Shown here in pieces: positions 16,506 through 26,843 of a DNA stretch of 55,852 bases. The number at the start of each line of letters is the position of its first letter. Position 1 is the stretch's first letter. The stretch comes from a virus (lineage: Duplodnaviria > Caudoviricetes): the IMG/VR virus record IMGVR_UViG_3300037127_000017, positions 1 to 55,852 of that record. The stretch is one strand, 5' to 3'. Below the pieces are notes generated by a model. That model made no database searches. It saw nothing but the letters and a program-made list of their open reading frames with translations, and had not been told where the DNA came from. The translations under genes were made by a program, and so were the position numbers.

Positions 16506-18791
16506 TTATCCAACATATCTAGATTTTAAATTAAAGAAACATAAAGCTCGATCTCCTATATTTGCAGCAGCATTCACAGCACGATACCATAAAGTTGGGT
16601 ATAATACAGTTGTAGAGCTTGGGATAGTGGTTGTGATCTCTTTGTATCCTCCTGCTGTTGTATTTCTGTTATAATAATTTTGGTTTCCATAACTTAAAGT
16701 TTGGTCAAAATTTTCTACAGAAACAAAAAATCTAATTGTGGAAGTATCTTCAACGAATAATTCTGTAGTAACTTTAGAGCCATAATAGCAAGGTATATCA
16801 CTTACGCCATCGGATAATTGTGGTATTAGTTCCCTTGTTTTATTTTCTCCTTGAATAGTTACAGCATAAGCACTGCCAGTTGTTCCAGCGCTATGTGCTA
16901 TTTCTGTATAGAATCCATCGTTATAAGGGATCAAATACATATTTCCACTTCCTATATCAGTAAAGTCAACTAGCCCAGTTGCGCCACCTGCCACTGCATT
17001 TGCATATGTATCATATACTTTGACTGTAGTTGTAGCACTATCATTATTGATAAAATAATCTGTCCACTCGTCAAGCGGAGTTGGTAGTGTTGTACTGGCT
17101 TGGAATTGACTCCGAGTTCCAGTAGGAATCGTTGTGGCCACATTTATTGTATCATTTGCAGTGTTTACATCTGCTGCCACAAAAGATTTAGGGAAATATG
17201 CCAAAGAACTATATCCAATATAATATGAGCTGTTTGATATATTACTGCTTGCAGCTCCTTGTCTATTACGTATAGTTGCAAGCATTCTAGGAGTCCTTGC
17301 AATATTCATAAATAGATTATAAATATATATCCAACCTGGCACATAATAAGTTGTTTGCGAAAGTGTTATACCATGGTTTAATCTTGTATCAGACACCCCT
17401 AAAGTACTCTGTGTTACATTATTTAATTTCCATTTTGCATTCAATTGCTCGCCTTCACAATAATCTAAAAATTCATAATAACCTTTCCCTGTTGCAGTTG
17501 ATAAATCATTTCTAATATCTAAAGGCCAACCCCATGCAGTTTTACAAAGTCCATCTACAACATCAAGATAAGGTCCAGTTATTCTCACTCTTTTTTGTGC
17601 ATTTGTTACACTAAAAGCTACAGGATCAAATCTGCCACTGATAAAGGTTTCGTCTTGAGGTCCGAGATGTGCGCCAACTTGATCCCAACCATAGCTCCCA
17701 CCATAACTTCCACGAATAGTAGCAGTTACAACAGCAGTATTTCCGTCTGTTGTAAATTGAAATAGAGTTCCTGGGAAAACATTTCCTCTGCAATTTGTGT
17801 TTTCTTCTTCTATAGTAACAACACAAGCCAGATTAGAATTTGAAAAAACATTACCTTGCATATATCCAGCTCCAGATTCAGCGGGGTCTATCCTAATTCC
17901 ATAATAACCACCGTTGGCGATAAATCCCTCACCAACATTATAAGCCATATATGTATCTGAACCAGTGCTTGCATCTGTAGCTTTGTTTGTAATATATAAC
18001 CCAGTTCCTGTATTTGTAGGGTCTGTAGGGTTAACAACTTGTTGAAATGCATCAATATTTTTGTACATAAACTGACTCTGAGATGTTGCTGTTATTCTAT
18101 AAACAAAACATCTACTAGAATAGCCATTTACATCATAAGCATTAACTCTAATGCCTTCAACATATCCATCTTGTTTCCATTCAATGCCATCAGTATCATT
18201 TAGAAGAGTAATAATGCTTTTGTCTCCTACCATTCGATTATCAGCTAAATCGAACTTGGCGCTAATAGCATAATCCGTTTTGGGTTGAAGCACTATTTGA
18301 CTATAGTCTGCAATTCCTTTAGCTATTTGAAATGATAATAAATCATCAGTAGCTCCATCACCAACAGCTCCAAACCATTCTGGATATATGGCAGGAGCGA
18401 CAACATCGCCTCCAGCTCCTCCAGTGCATTCAAATATTTGTATTGGTGTAGCTATTATTCTACTTTTATCAAATGTAACTATCCCAGTCCATTTTAATTT
18501 TGCACCTGATTCAAAATATAGCGTGATATCAGCTGTAAATGTAAAATCTGTTGATATAAAAAATGAGTTATCACCAGAGTTTGAAGGAAAATAAAGAACA
18601 CGTTTTTGCGATGGCATCGCAGCAATAGCACTTGTTATAGCGCTGTAATTTCCAGTAGTCCCATCACCAACTCCGCCATAATCCTTTATATTTATTCCTA
18701 GATCATTTTTTCTTTCATTAAGATAGCTATTATTGTCATTAATTGGTTGAGCTTGTATCTCGCCTGATACCGTTTGTATGCCTGTTGCCAT
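16506..18791 (-). CDS. Tail spike / receptor-binding protein with pectate-lyase-like beta-helix (putative depolymerase)
   Basis: INIKDYGGVGDG and PEWFGAVGDGATDD motifs; last gene of the tail module. Confidence 0.8.
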   Translation of the reverse strand: MATGIQTVSGEIQAQPINDNNSYLNERKNDLGINIKDYGGVGDGTTGNYSAITSAIAAMPSQKRVLYFPSNSGDNSFFISTDFTFTADITLYFESGAKLKWTGIVTFDKSRIIATPIQIFECTGGAGGDVVAPAIYPEWFGAVGDGATDDLLSFQIAKGIADYSQIVLQPKTDYAISAKFDLADNRMVGDKSIITLLNDTDGIEWKQDGYVEGIRVNAYDVNGYSSRCFVYRITATSQSQFMYKNIDAFQQVVNPTDPTNTGTGLYITNKATDASTGSDTYMAYNVGEGFIANGGYYGIRIDPAESGAGYMQGNVFSNSNLACVVTIEEENTNCRGNVFPGTLFQFTTDGNTAVVTATIRGSYGGSYGWDQVGAHLGPQDETFISGRFDPVAFSVTNAQKRVRITGPYLDVVDGLCKTAWGWPLDIRNDLSTATGKGYYEFLDYCEGEQLNAKWKLNNVTQSTLGVSDTRLNHGITLSQTTYYVPGWIYIYNLFMNIARTPRMLATIRNRQGAASSNISNSSYYIGYSSLAYFPKSFVAADVNTANDTINVATTIPTGTRSQFQASTTLPTPLDEWTDYFINNDSATTTVKVYDTYANAVAGGATGLVDFTDIGSGNMYLIPYNDGFYTEIAHSAGTTGSAYAVTIQGENKTRELIPQLSDGVSDIPCYYGSKVTTELFVEDTSTIRFFVSVENFDQTLSYGNQNYYNRNTTAGGYKEITTTIPSSTTVLYPTLWYRAVNAAANIGDRALCFFNLKSRYVG

Positions 18792-18803
18792 CTTTCCACC
18801 TCC

Positions 18804-20588
18804 CTAAAGAGTATAATTACCCCTGCTTTGTATATAAATTTTCTTTACAACTGTTGCTGTTATTCGAGCTAGATCGTTTGGTAATATTTCAACTGTATGC
18901 CAACCCCTTGTAACTTTGCCACTTCCGTCTTTTGTAAGATAAGGAACTATGTCATAATCACTTACCGCTGTGGCTGTCACTGTAATTGAAGCTGTATCTA
19001 CTGTAATAGTCATGGACAATGTAGCTGTAGCCGAATATTCATAAATGCCATAATCAATTTGATGTGTATGGCTTGGTAAAGTGACTTCATGGTCATGGCT
19101 TGGTAGAGGTACATCATGATCATGTACAGGTAAATCTACAGTATGAGAATGATTTGCCATGAAATGAGTATGAAAAGCTGTTGTCATCGTCCATATTGCA
19201 GTTGGAGATTCATAACCTTGTGAAGTTTGCTGGGATGCACCAACTTGACTCGATGTAATAACAGCAGTTCCACCTCCTGCACTGGTTACAACAGCAGTTC
19301 CACCTCCTGCACTGGTTACAACAGCAGTCCCGCCGCCACCAGTTGCTAAGCTATACGCCCGAAAGTTTGTAGTTTCATAAGTTAAAGTACATTCGTTTAC
19401 TAAAATAGTCTCGTCAGGGATATAAAATTTAATTAAAGCTGGATGCCCATCATCACAATTATCTTGGAAATCGTTTGAATCTATATTTGTACTGCCTTGG
19501 CTATATGTTTCGCTTACATAAGTCCTTTTATTCAAATCTGCATTTATATCTATTATGTCATCAACTTTATTAGATAATTCTATATCAATATCTCCAGGAG
19601 CATCTATTATGTCTCTTTTCGATATGCTAACTATTCTAGTATTTATATTTATGTTTATTTCATCATCATAAATATTTACATATTCACCAAGTCTGAATGC
19701 ATCATATGTTTTGCCTGTTATACTTGATAAATCAGCAGCTTTAACCGAATAAGTAATTTTTGGTGTTTGTAAATTACTTAATTTTGCCTGTGCTGATTCC
19801 AATAAAGTCTGCGCTGATTCTATTCTTCGATCAATAAAATATCCTGATATAGTGCCATATGCTGTAGTAGAAGCAGTTATAAAAGTATCCCCACCAGTGG
19901 AAACATCTTCTATTGTCAGTTGATTTATGCCTTCACCATATCCAAGAGGATATAATTTTGTGATAATATCCCTTGAATCTTCTTCTTTTGTAATTTCAAT
20001 TAAATTTTTGCTATACCTAATATAGCTTGATGTGGCTGTACTTGGGCTTGTTAAATTCAAATTCCATGGCGGGGAAGATGATGTATCCCATGTAAATTGA
20101 TAGTTTGCGTCAATGGTGCTAGGTGTAGCCAATACCGCACTTAATAAATTTTCATTTTCAAACTTTACAGTTACAGCAGAAGAAAAGTCAACAGTTCCAA
20201 CATTCCATCTTACTGTAGTTTGAGCAGTCAAAATGTAACTTAATATAGCTGAATAAGCATAAACAGAAAGAGCGTGATATTGAAACAATATATCATCTTG
20301 TAAAGTATTTAATACATGCTCACATTCAAAAGTCTTAAATTGTCCATCAATATTATGTGAAATCGATGTTGGCATTATTCTGTATGTATCGATAAAAGTT
20401 CCATCAGATTCCCACAATTTTATGTAATTATAAGCTACACATAAAGCAGCTTTTGAATCATTATTTGGAATAGAGAAGACTGCCCTATGAGCTTCATTGA
20501 GTCTTTGCTCATATCCAACATTAAAAGCATTGTCAAGTATAGCCAATAAATTTAAGTTTGTATCATATAATTTAATTTGTTGTGTCAT
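18804..20588 (-). CDS. Phage tail protein (Tal / prophage-endopeptidase-like baseplate hub) with HxH fibre motifs
   Basis: KNL..I.KEED..IITKLYPLGYGEG, PKITYSV.AADL; follows Dit. Confidence 0.85.
   Translation of the reverse strand: MTQQIKLYDTNLNLLAILDNAFNVGYEQRLNEAHRAVFSIPNNDSKAALCVAYNYIKLWESDGTFIDTYRIMPTSISHNIDGQFKTFECEHVLNTLQDDILFQYHALSVYAYSAILSYILTAQTTVRWNVGTVDFSSAVTVKFENENLLSAVLATPSTIDANYQFTWDTSSSPPWNLNLTSPSTATSSYIRYSKNLIEITKEEDSRDIITKLYPLGYGEGINQLTIEDVSTGGDTFITASTTAYGTISGYFIDRRIESAQTLLESAQAKLSNLQTPKITYSVKAADLSSITGKTYDAFRLGEYVNIYDDEINININTRIVSISKRDIIDAPGDIDIELSNKVDDIIDINADLNKRTYVSETYSQGSTNIDSNDFQDNCDDGHPALIKFYIPDETILVNECTLTYETTNFRAYSLATGGGGTAVVTSAGGGTAVVTSAGGGTAVITSSQVGASQQTSQGYESPTAIWTMTTAFHTHFMANHSHTVDLPVHDHDVPLPSHDHEVTLPSHTHQIDYGIYEYSATATLSMTITVDTASITVTATAVSDYDIVPYLTKDGSGKVTRGWHTVEILPNDLARITATVVKKIYIQSRGNYTL
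19261..19338. repeat. 30-bp tandem repeat encoding GGGTAVVTSA
   Basis: ACAGCAGTTCCACCTCCTGCACTGGTTACA x2 plus a degenerate third copy. Confidence 0.9.
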
Positions 20589-20600
20589 ATAATACCTCCC

Positions 20601-21443
20601 TTAAATCCATCTATGTAAAAATGAAAATGTGACTTCTGCGGTAACTCCACCGTATTCAGCATTGAAATTTAATCCGTTTTCCCCGACAGCAAGTTCTATA
20701 AAATCTCCTGATACTCCACTCAATATATTTGTACCATTTAGTTCTACAGTATAATTTTCACTATCAATTATCAATGTATCACTTCCAGAGCTAGTTACAG
20801 CAGCACTGATTGTTAATGTAGAAGAAATTCCACTCGTTTCATTTGTTATGATGGGGTTCTCTACATCTCCAGTTATAGTAATAGATAAAGGAGTCTTGTA
20901 AGTTGCATGGTTATATAATCCTGCATAATGAGGTCTGAAAGACCAGTTAAATGAAGCTCCTGCACTTGTTGCATTTGCATAATATAATCCAGAGTCATAT
21001 TCGTGTCCTTCATCATAATTATATGTTTCGTCGTATTCGTCTAATGCAGCATATGCAAAAGGCTCACATTCAAATTGCACTGTTGTTTCACCCAGCAGGA
21101 ATAAATTAGATAAACCTATATTACTAAAAATTCTCGCATTATAATATTTATCTGTTTCATCATCAAATTTTAATGTTTTTACAGCAGATAAAGTTTCTAG
21201 CCATGCTGCAATACTTCTCGCATTTGTACGTAAAGCAGTTAATGAAGAGCCAACATATTTCAATTCGACATCAAGCAATCTTTTTTCAAAAGTTCCACCA
21301 TAAAAATCATAAGTCCCATGCTTATTAGGTATAACTATTTCTCGTCGACGCATGCTTGGCAACATAGTTCTATCAATTGATTTCATTACAATATCATAAG
21401 TAAAGCTATTTATTGAATTAAATGTAAAACCAGTTCGGGCCAA
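20601..21443 (-). CDS. Distal tail protein (Dit)
   Basis: GFTFN, LKFDDETDKYYNA, FECEPFAY; directly after the TMP. Confidence 0.85.
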   Translation of the reverse strand: MARTGFTFNSINSFTYDIVMKSIDRTMLPSMRRREIVIPNKHGTYDFYGGTFEKRLLDVELKYVGSSLTALRTNARSIAAWLETLSAVKTLKFDDETDKYYNARIFSNIGLSNLFLLGETTVQFECEPFAYAALDEYDETYNYDEGHEYDSGLYYANATSAGASFNWSFRPHYAGLYNHATYKTPLSITITGDVENPIITNETSGISSTLTISAAVTSSGSDTLIIDSENYTVELNGTNILSGVSGDFIELAVGENGLNFNAEYGGVTAEVTFSFLHRWI

Positions 21444-24206
21444 TTATGTCACCCCCAACGCTCTATTACGTGATTTTTGTAAATTATATAATTCTCTAGC
21501 AATTGCTTTTATGTCTTCATCTTTTCTTACGTTAAATATAGCTCCTTTAAACATTCCTTCCATGCTTAAATTATTTATATTAGAGATAGATTGTGTTTTT
21601 TCATTCGGGTCATTTAAAGCATTAGAAACTGGTTTTATTGCATCCAGTGACGCGAGTTTTAATTTAGGTTGAAAATCTTTAATTCCTTTTGTATACATTT
21701 TCATGAGATTTGGAGACCATTCATCTGCATCTTTTCCAGGACCTTCTTCTGCAGGAGAATGGAAACCAAGTATTCTAGCTATTCCTTTCATAACATCAGT
21801 AGCTGCATTTTTAGCTTTTCTAGCCATTGATTTCATTCCTTTTATTAAATTACTTATTAGGTTTTTACCCCATTCATATGCTTTCCCAGTTACATTAGTT
21901 ATCGTGGTTTTTATTTTATTAAATAGTTCCTTTACATGTGAATTAGCCTTACTTGATTTATTTTTAATAGAGCTTGCTATTTTATTAAATATATCTGACA
22001 CAACTTTAATAACAGGTGTAAGTAATTGAGTTATAACGTTTTTAATTTGAGTGAATTTCATTTTAACAAAGTTATAAATGCCAGTAACAACTTTCAAGAA
22101 TATATCTTTAATTTTTTTAAGTACTGTAGAAATAAATAACTTCCAGAAATTAAATTTCTTGACAACGAAATCAACAAGCCATTGGAAATAATAATTATGC
22201 TCGTATAACCATTTAAAAGCATTTACAATATTATCAATTGTTTTCTTTATTAGGTTCTTTACAAAATCAAACCCATTTTTAATTGAATTTTTTATCCAAT
22301 CAATAAATGATGTTGTTTTTTCTTTTATCCAATCCCATGTTATGTTCCATATTTCCTTTAGCTTGATTCCTAATTTTTTGAAAATTTCAACAATATAATT
22401 GAACCATATCAAAAATATAGTAATTATTCCTTTGGTAGCAGTAGTAAAGATAGTTTTTATGCTTTCCCATAAAGCGCTCCAATCCCCACTCAAAATCGAT
22501 TTAAATGCCTTAAATATTTCTGTAATTATAGTGATTGCGGTTTGTATATTAACTATTATTATTTTCAATACGTTTATTACTATGTCGCGAATAGCAGGCC
22601 ATACAACTTGAAATAATTCATAAAGTTTTTCTATCCATTTTAAGAGAACTATTACAACATCTATTAATGAACTCCAATAACCAACAATCATATCAATAGT
22701 ACTTCCGGTTTCGCTTTGAAAAACTGGAAGTATATCTGACACTACTTGTTTTATAGTATCAAACATTGCTCCAAATGTAGATTCAAATTGAGTTTTCAAA
22801 TCTATTAATTTTGGTTTAACAGCGTTAAACAATTCTTTTATTTTAGTTATTATAACGCTTAATATATTTGTTTGAGTCCCAACTATAGCTAATGTGGCAA
22901 TCAATGCAGACAATCCACCAATTACAGCTAATACTGGAGTAGAAATTGCAGAAATAGCAACAGCAAACCCACCTATTATAGCAATTAAAGGTCCAATAAA
23001 GGCAATTAAACCAGCAATTATTACACTCATGTTCAAAAATTTAGGGTTAGCTTCTGCTAATCTTTGTATTATAGGTGTTATTTTTTTGGCTATCATTGTT
23101 AATTTTTCTAATAATCCAGCTTCTGCAATTGCAATGGCAACACCTTCAAGCGCTGATCTTATTTCTTTTAAAGCTCCATTTAATCCTTTCATTTGAACAT
23201 CAGCTATTCTTTTAGCTGTTCCACCAGAGTTTTCAAGTTCTGTTGTAAATTCAGATAATTGGGTTGAATTTTCATATAATATCTGTGCGCCTGTAATGCC
23301 GATCATACCAAATAAGTCTTTCATGTCTTGCGTAACTTCCTGTGTGCTTGAACCAAGTTTATTATGTGTACCTCTTAATTCGCCCATGATTTGTGATAGG
23401 CTTTTCATTTTACCAGAGTTATCAAAAACACTTAAACCTAATCTTTTTAAAGCCATTTCGGCAGGTTTAGGTGGAGCTGCTAACCTTAACATCATTTGTC
23501 TTAACGACGTACCTGCTTGAGTTCCTTGAATACCACTAGAACCAAGTATGCCAATCGCTGCTGAAAGTTCCTCTATTTTAATCCCTTGTTGTTTTGCGAT
23601 AGGACCAACATACTTGAATGATTCTCCTAGCATAGTCAAGTCAACATTTGCATTAGTAAAAGATTTTACAAGAATATCATTAAGCCCAGTCAATTCATCT
23701 ACTGTCAACCCATATCCACTCATAATATTAGATGTTATATCGGCTGCTCTTCCTAAATCAATTTGAGCCGATGCAGCAAGTTGTAATGTACTTGGCATAG
23801 CCCCAAGTATTTGTTCAGCATCAAATCCAGCCATTGCTAAGAACCCCATAGCCTCACCAGCTTGTGTTGCGCTGAATTGTGTTGTTCTGCCCAGCTCTTT
23901 AGCTTGATCTTCTAGTTTTATAAATTGTGTAGCTGTAGCACCTGACAAAGCTTGAACACGATTCATTGAGGATTCAAAGTCTGCTGCGGTTTTAACAGCA
24001 ACGCCTCCAAGACCAGCTATAGGTAAGGTTAAAAAAGTTGTCATGTTTGTTCCGATGTTTTTCATTTTGTTGCCAACATTTCTTAAATTTTGTCCCATAT
24101 TATTAGTAAAGTTACGAACAGAATTATCGGCACGCCTTAATCCTCTTTCCATACCTGATAAATCAACATTTATATTGATATTCAAGGTTTCAACGTCCAT
24201 CGCCAT
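21444..24206 (-). CDS. Tape measure protein (TP901 family)
   Basis: FESSMNRVQA, AKELGRTTQFSA, GIQGTQAGTSLR, W/F periodic repeats. Confidence 0.95.
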   Translation of the reverse strand: MAMDVETLNININVDLSGMERGLRRADNSVRNFTNNMGQNLRNVGNKMKNIGTNMTTFLTLPIAGLGGVAVKTAADFESSMNRVQALSGATATQFIKLEDQAKELGRTTQFSATQAGEAMGFLAMAGFDAEQILGAMPSTLQLAASAQIDLGRAADITSNIMSGYGLTVDELTGLNDILVKSFTNANVDLTMLGESFKYVGPIAKQQGIKIEELSAAIGILGSSGIQGTQAGTSLRQMMLRLAAPPKPAEMALKRLGLSVFDNSGKMKSLSQIMGELRGTHNKLGSSTQEVTQDMKDLFGMIGITGAQILYENSTQLSEFTTELENSGGTAKRIADVQMKGLNGALKEIRSALEGVAIAIAEAGLLEKLTMIAKKITPIIQRLAEANPKFLNMSVIIAGLIAFIGPLIAIIGGFAVAISAISTPVLAVIGGLSALIATLAIVGTQTNILSVIITKIKELFNAVKPKLIDLKTQFESTFGAMFDTIKQVVSDILPVFQSETGSTIDMIVGYWSSLIDVVIVLLKWIEKLYELFQVVWPAIRDIVINVLKIIIVNIQTAITIITEIFKAFKSILSGDWSALWESIKTIFTTATKGIITIFLIWFNYIVEIFKKLGIKLKEIWNITWDWIKEKTTSFIDWIKNSIKNGFDFVKNLIKKTIDNIVNAFKWLYEHNYYFQWLVDFVVKKFNFWKLFISTVLKKIKDIFLKVVTGIYNFVKMKFTQIKNVITQLLTPVIKVVSDIFNKIASSIKNKSSKANSHVKELFNKIKTTITNVTGKAYEWGKNLISNLIKGMKSMARKAKNAATDVMKGIARILGFHSPAEEGPGKDADEWSPNLMKMYTKGIKDFQPKLKLASLDAIKPVSNALNDPNEKTQSISNINNLSMEGMFKGAIFNVRKDEDIKAIARELYNLQKSRNRALGVT

Positions 24207-24220
24207 ATATCCACCTCCTC

Positions 24221-24484
24221 TTAAAAACTTAATCCTATCTGGTCAATATATACGCCATTTTTTTCTTCTTTTATTTCAGATTCATTTCCAATATGTGCAT
24301 TATAAAAATAGTCCCAATCACGAAACTCTTTATCCATATGTGGCAATAAAGTTACATACATATTCCACAAATTTTCTTCTAATTGTTTTTTCTTTGATTG
24401 TACATATAATTCAAAAAAATCAAAAAAATCAAGCTTTAGTATGTAATCTATATTACCATACCTCGCCATCAAGAAGTCCAACAA
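24221..24484 (-). CDS. Tail assembly chaperone, T segment (probably reached by -1 frameshift)
   Basis: No strong RBS; the -1 frame is open from the T7 run at 24517-24523. Confidence 0.75.
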   Translation of the reverse strand: MLDFLMARYGNIDYILKLDFFDFFELYVQSKKKQLEENLWNMYVTLLPHMDKEFRDWDYFYNAHIGNESEIKEEKNGVYIDQIGLSF

Positions 24485-24495
24485 TTCATAATAAT

Positions 24496-24822
24496 CTATT
24501 TCGATGGCGATTTGGTAAAAAAACTAAAAGCACTGTCCTGGAATATTTGCTTTAATATATCAATTAATGCTGATATTTCTAAATCACCAACATTTTCAGG
24601 TTCAATATTGCTCACTTGGCTAATAAATAAAAATAAATCTTCCTCGCAAATATCATAATTTTCAATAATTTTTTCTATTATATCTAGAACTTTTATTTCT
24701 TGCTTTTCTTTTTTTCCTTCAAAAGCTCCTTTCATTGCGCTGAACATATTTGCTTTTTTAAGAATTTTAATAAAAGGTTTAATATCTCTTGCCTGTAATT
24801 TTCTAATTTTTATATCTTGCAT
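24496..24822 (-). CDS. Tail assembly chaperone (G)
   Basis: Between MTP and TMP; GAGGAG RBS; ends with slippery T TTT TTT. Confidence 0.8.
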   Translation of the reverse strand: MQDIKIRKLQARDIKPFIKILKKANMFSAMKGAFEGKKEKQEIKVLDIIEKIIENYDICEEDLFLFISQVSNIEPENVGDLEISALIDILKQIFQDSAFSFFTKSPSK

Positions 24823-24900
24823 AAATAACACTCCTCATTTAAAAAAATAAAGGAAAGGGGATAAACCCCTAACCTGGTATACCAAAATTTAAACTTTATT

Positions 24901-25791
24901 TTAAGCCGAAGTAGTCCACTGCCATGTATATGTAGATGTCAAGTTATTGCCAGCTTCGTCCTTAACACCAGTTGTGATAATTCCATTGTAAGTTGTTGAA
25001 GCTGTTAAGCTGCTATCATGGTCAAGCGTAACTGTTGCGCTGGATACACTAATTGTAGCTGTAATTGTAGTTGCAGCAGTTGGAAGTATAATACTAATGT
25101 TTTCAGCTGTAAGAGTACTTGTCAACATTGGCTCACTAAATACAATAGAAACATTTGCAGTTTGTGAGCTACTTGTAGCATTAGCACTTGGGTCTGTGCT
25201 AGATACGGTTGGATTAGTAGTGTCAGCAGTTACGCCATATACACTATCAAACCAAGCTGAACCTGTAGCAGTACTATAATCATCAGCATCAGTTCGTGTA
25301 CTATATTTGAATAATCCATCATAATCCCTAGCAGTAAATTTACCATTTAGAGCAGGTGTTTGCCAATTAATTGCATCACCTTTTGTTTCATGATCGTATG
25401 CTACTTTAGCAAATTTACCTTTTAATAGCCACACATAAGTATAAGCTGTGTTGCTTCTTAATGCCCTAAATCCAAATGCAACATTTACAGGTTGATCTGT
25501 TTTTGATTCTTCCATAACTCCTGATGTGATTGTATGTCCCATTATAGCTGCATAATTTTCCTGAGATATATCAGCAACAGTAGCTTCGAGTTCCAATTCT
25601 CCAAGGCTTTCTGCTGTATCATAAGGGCCATCATCTGCAAACAATGTAGCAATTTCAGAATTTGGGTTATAAGATAAAGATATAGCTCCTTCTAATTTTA
25701 CAGGCGTTTGATAACTTACGCCGCTTGTCAAATCGCTGTTTAGGATAGAATAATAAAAATTATCCAATCCTATTAAAACTTTTTTAGGCAT
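24901..25791 (-). CDS. Major tail protein (phi13-like) with C-terminal Ig-like (Big_5) domain
   Basis: IGLDNFYY, LFADDG, VAFGFR, YVWLLKGKF; DTTNPTVSST.P...IVFSEPM...GVKDEAGN. Confidence 0.92.
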   Translation of the reverse strand: MPKKVLIGLDNFYYSILNSDLTSGVSYQTPVKLEGAISLSYNPNSEIATLFADDGPYDTAESLGELELEATVADISQENYAAIMGHTITSGVMEESKTDQPVNVAFGFRALRSNTAYTYVWLLKGKFAKVAYDHETKGDAINWQTPALNGKFTARDYDGLFKYSTRTDADDYSTATGSAWFDSVYGVTADTTNPTVSSTDPSANATSSSQTANVSIVFSEPMLTSTLTAENISIILPTAATTITATISVSSATVTLDHDSSLTASTTYNGIITTGVKDEAGNNLTSTYTWQWTTSA

Positions 25792-25812
25792 ATTATCGCT
25801 CCTTTCTAATTT

Positions 25813-26166
25813 TTAATTTGCATAGTCAAATTTATATCTTAAAGATGTTTGATAAATCTGTTGTTTTTTGTCATAATCTTCGAATACTATTCCAACTCTA
25901 TCAAAGCCAGCAGTTTTCATAGCGCTGTCAATTGCTTGCTCAATATTTGTCGGACTGTTAGTTGTCCATATGTCAATTTGATAATATATACTAGAACCAT
26001 TTTCAGCATCATCAAATTGAAGACTTGGAACACTAGTTATACGTTTATAAGATACGCATGGAATAGAGTTGAAATTTTTCGGGAAAAAATAATTTATAAC
26101 GCTTGTATATGTTGATACAGCAGTTGTAGTTAAAGCTGTATATACAGCAGATTTTATATTATACAT
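25813..26166 (-). CDS. Tail terminator / completion protein
   Basis: PCVSY, YQIDIW, AM...GF; synteny. Confidence 0.75.
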   Translation of the reverse strand: MYNIKSAVYTALTTTAVSTYTSVINYFFPKNFNSIPCVSYKRITSVPSLQFDDAENGSSIYYQIDIWTTNSPTNIEQAIDSAMKTAGFDRVGIVFEDYDKKQQIYQTSLRYKFDYAN

Positions 26167-26170
26167 ATTT

Positions 26171-26515
26171 TCACCTCAATTCACCCTTTATTCCATTTTT
26201 GATGTCCTTTTTTGCATCATCTTTATGCTGATAAAAAGCTGGTCCTAAATATGGTTTGCCTGGAAATTTAGCATTCCCAAATTCCTGCGCTTTTGCATAT
26301 TCCACATTAGTTCCAACTTTCGTTTTGACTGTATCGCCATCACTATCTTGTTTTGTTGATATGCTTCCTTTAAGTCTGCCTGTATCAACGTTAACGATTT
26401 GTTTTGACGTTCTTTCCATCTTTAAGCCTGTTTTCATAGAGCCTTTTTTGACTCCTTGTTTGACTTTATTTGTTAATGAAGTGAATCTAAATCCAGTTGA
26501 TTCTACATTAGACAT
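26171..26515 (-). CDS. HK97 gp10-like neck protein
   Basis: VDTGRLKGSI, VGTNVEYA..QEFG, PYLGPAF. Confidence 0.9.
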   Translation of the reverse strand: MSNVESTGFRFTSLTNKVKQGVKKGSMKTGLKMERTSKQIVNVDTGRLKGSISTKQDSDGDTVKTKVGTNVEYAKAQEFGNAKFPGKPYLGPAFYQHKDDAKKDIKNGIKGELR

Positions 26516-26519
26516 ATGA

Positions 26520-26843
26520 TCACTCCTTTACTAACTTACAAATAACTTCATAATGTATGTTGTATTTTTTTACACGAAGAATTAAAAAAGTATCTCCAGA
26601 TTCAATTATTCTTGTTGGAGTGCTTTTGTCTCCATTAGCAATATATGTATTTGGTTTTGTGAAAAACCTTTCTAATATATCAGAATAGCTTACACCAGAT
26701 TCTGTGTCCATAGTTTCAGCAGCTTCGAATGGTTGTCTATTGACTCGGACAGTTGCAACACTCGACCAAGTTATTTCATTATACCCTTCATTGTCATTTG
26801 AACTTGTTGCTATTTGTATTGTAGCAGTTTTATCAAGAATCAT
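26520..26843 (-). CDS. Head closure / head-tail adaptor
   Basis: Synteny; beta-rich ~107 aa with G....W motif. Confidence 0.7.
   Translation of the reverse strand: MILDKTATIQIATSSNDNEGYNEITWSSVATVRVNRQPFEAAETMDTESGVSYSDILERFFTKPNTYIANGDKSTPTRIIESGDTFLILRVKKYNIHYEVICKLVKE

Noticed and set aside
21703-24555. Multiple + strand ORFs opposite the TMP and other genes
   Set aside because: Antisense shadow ORFs without RBS or motifs; the same applies to most short opposite-strand ORFs in the track
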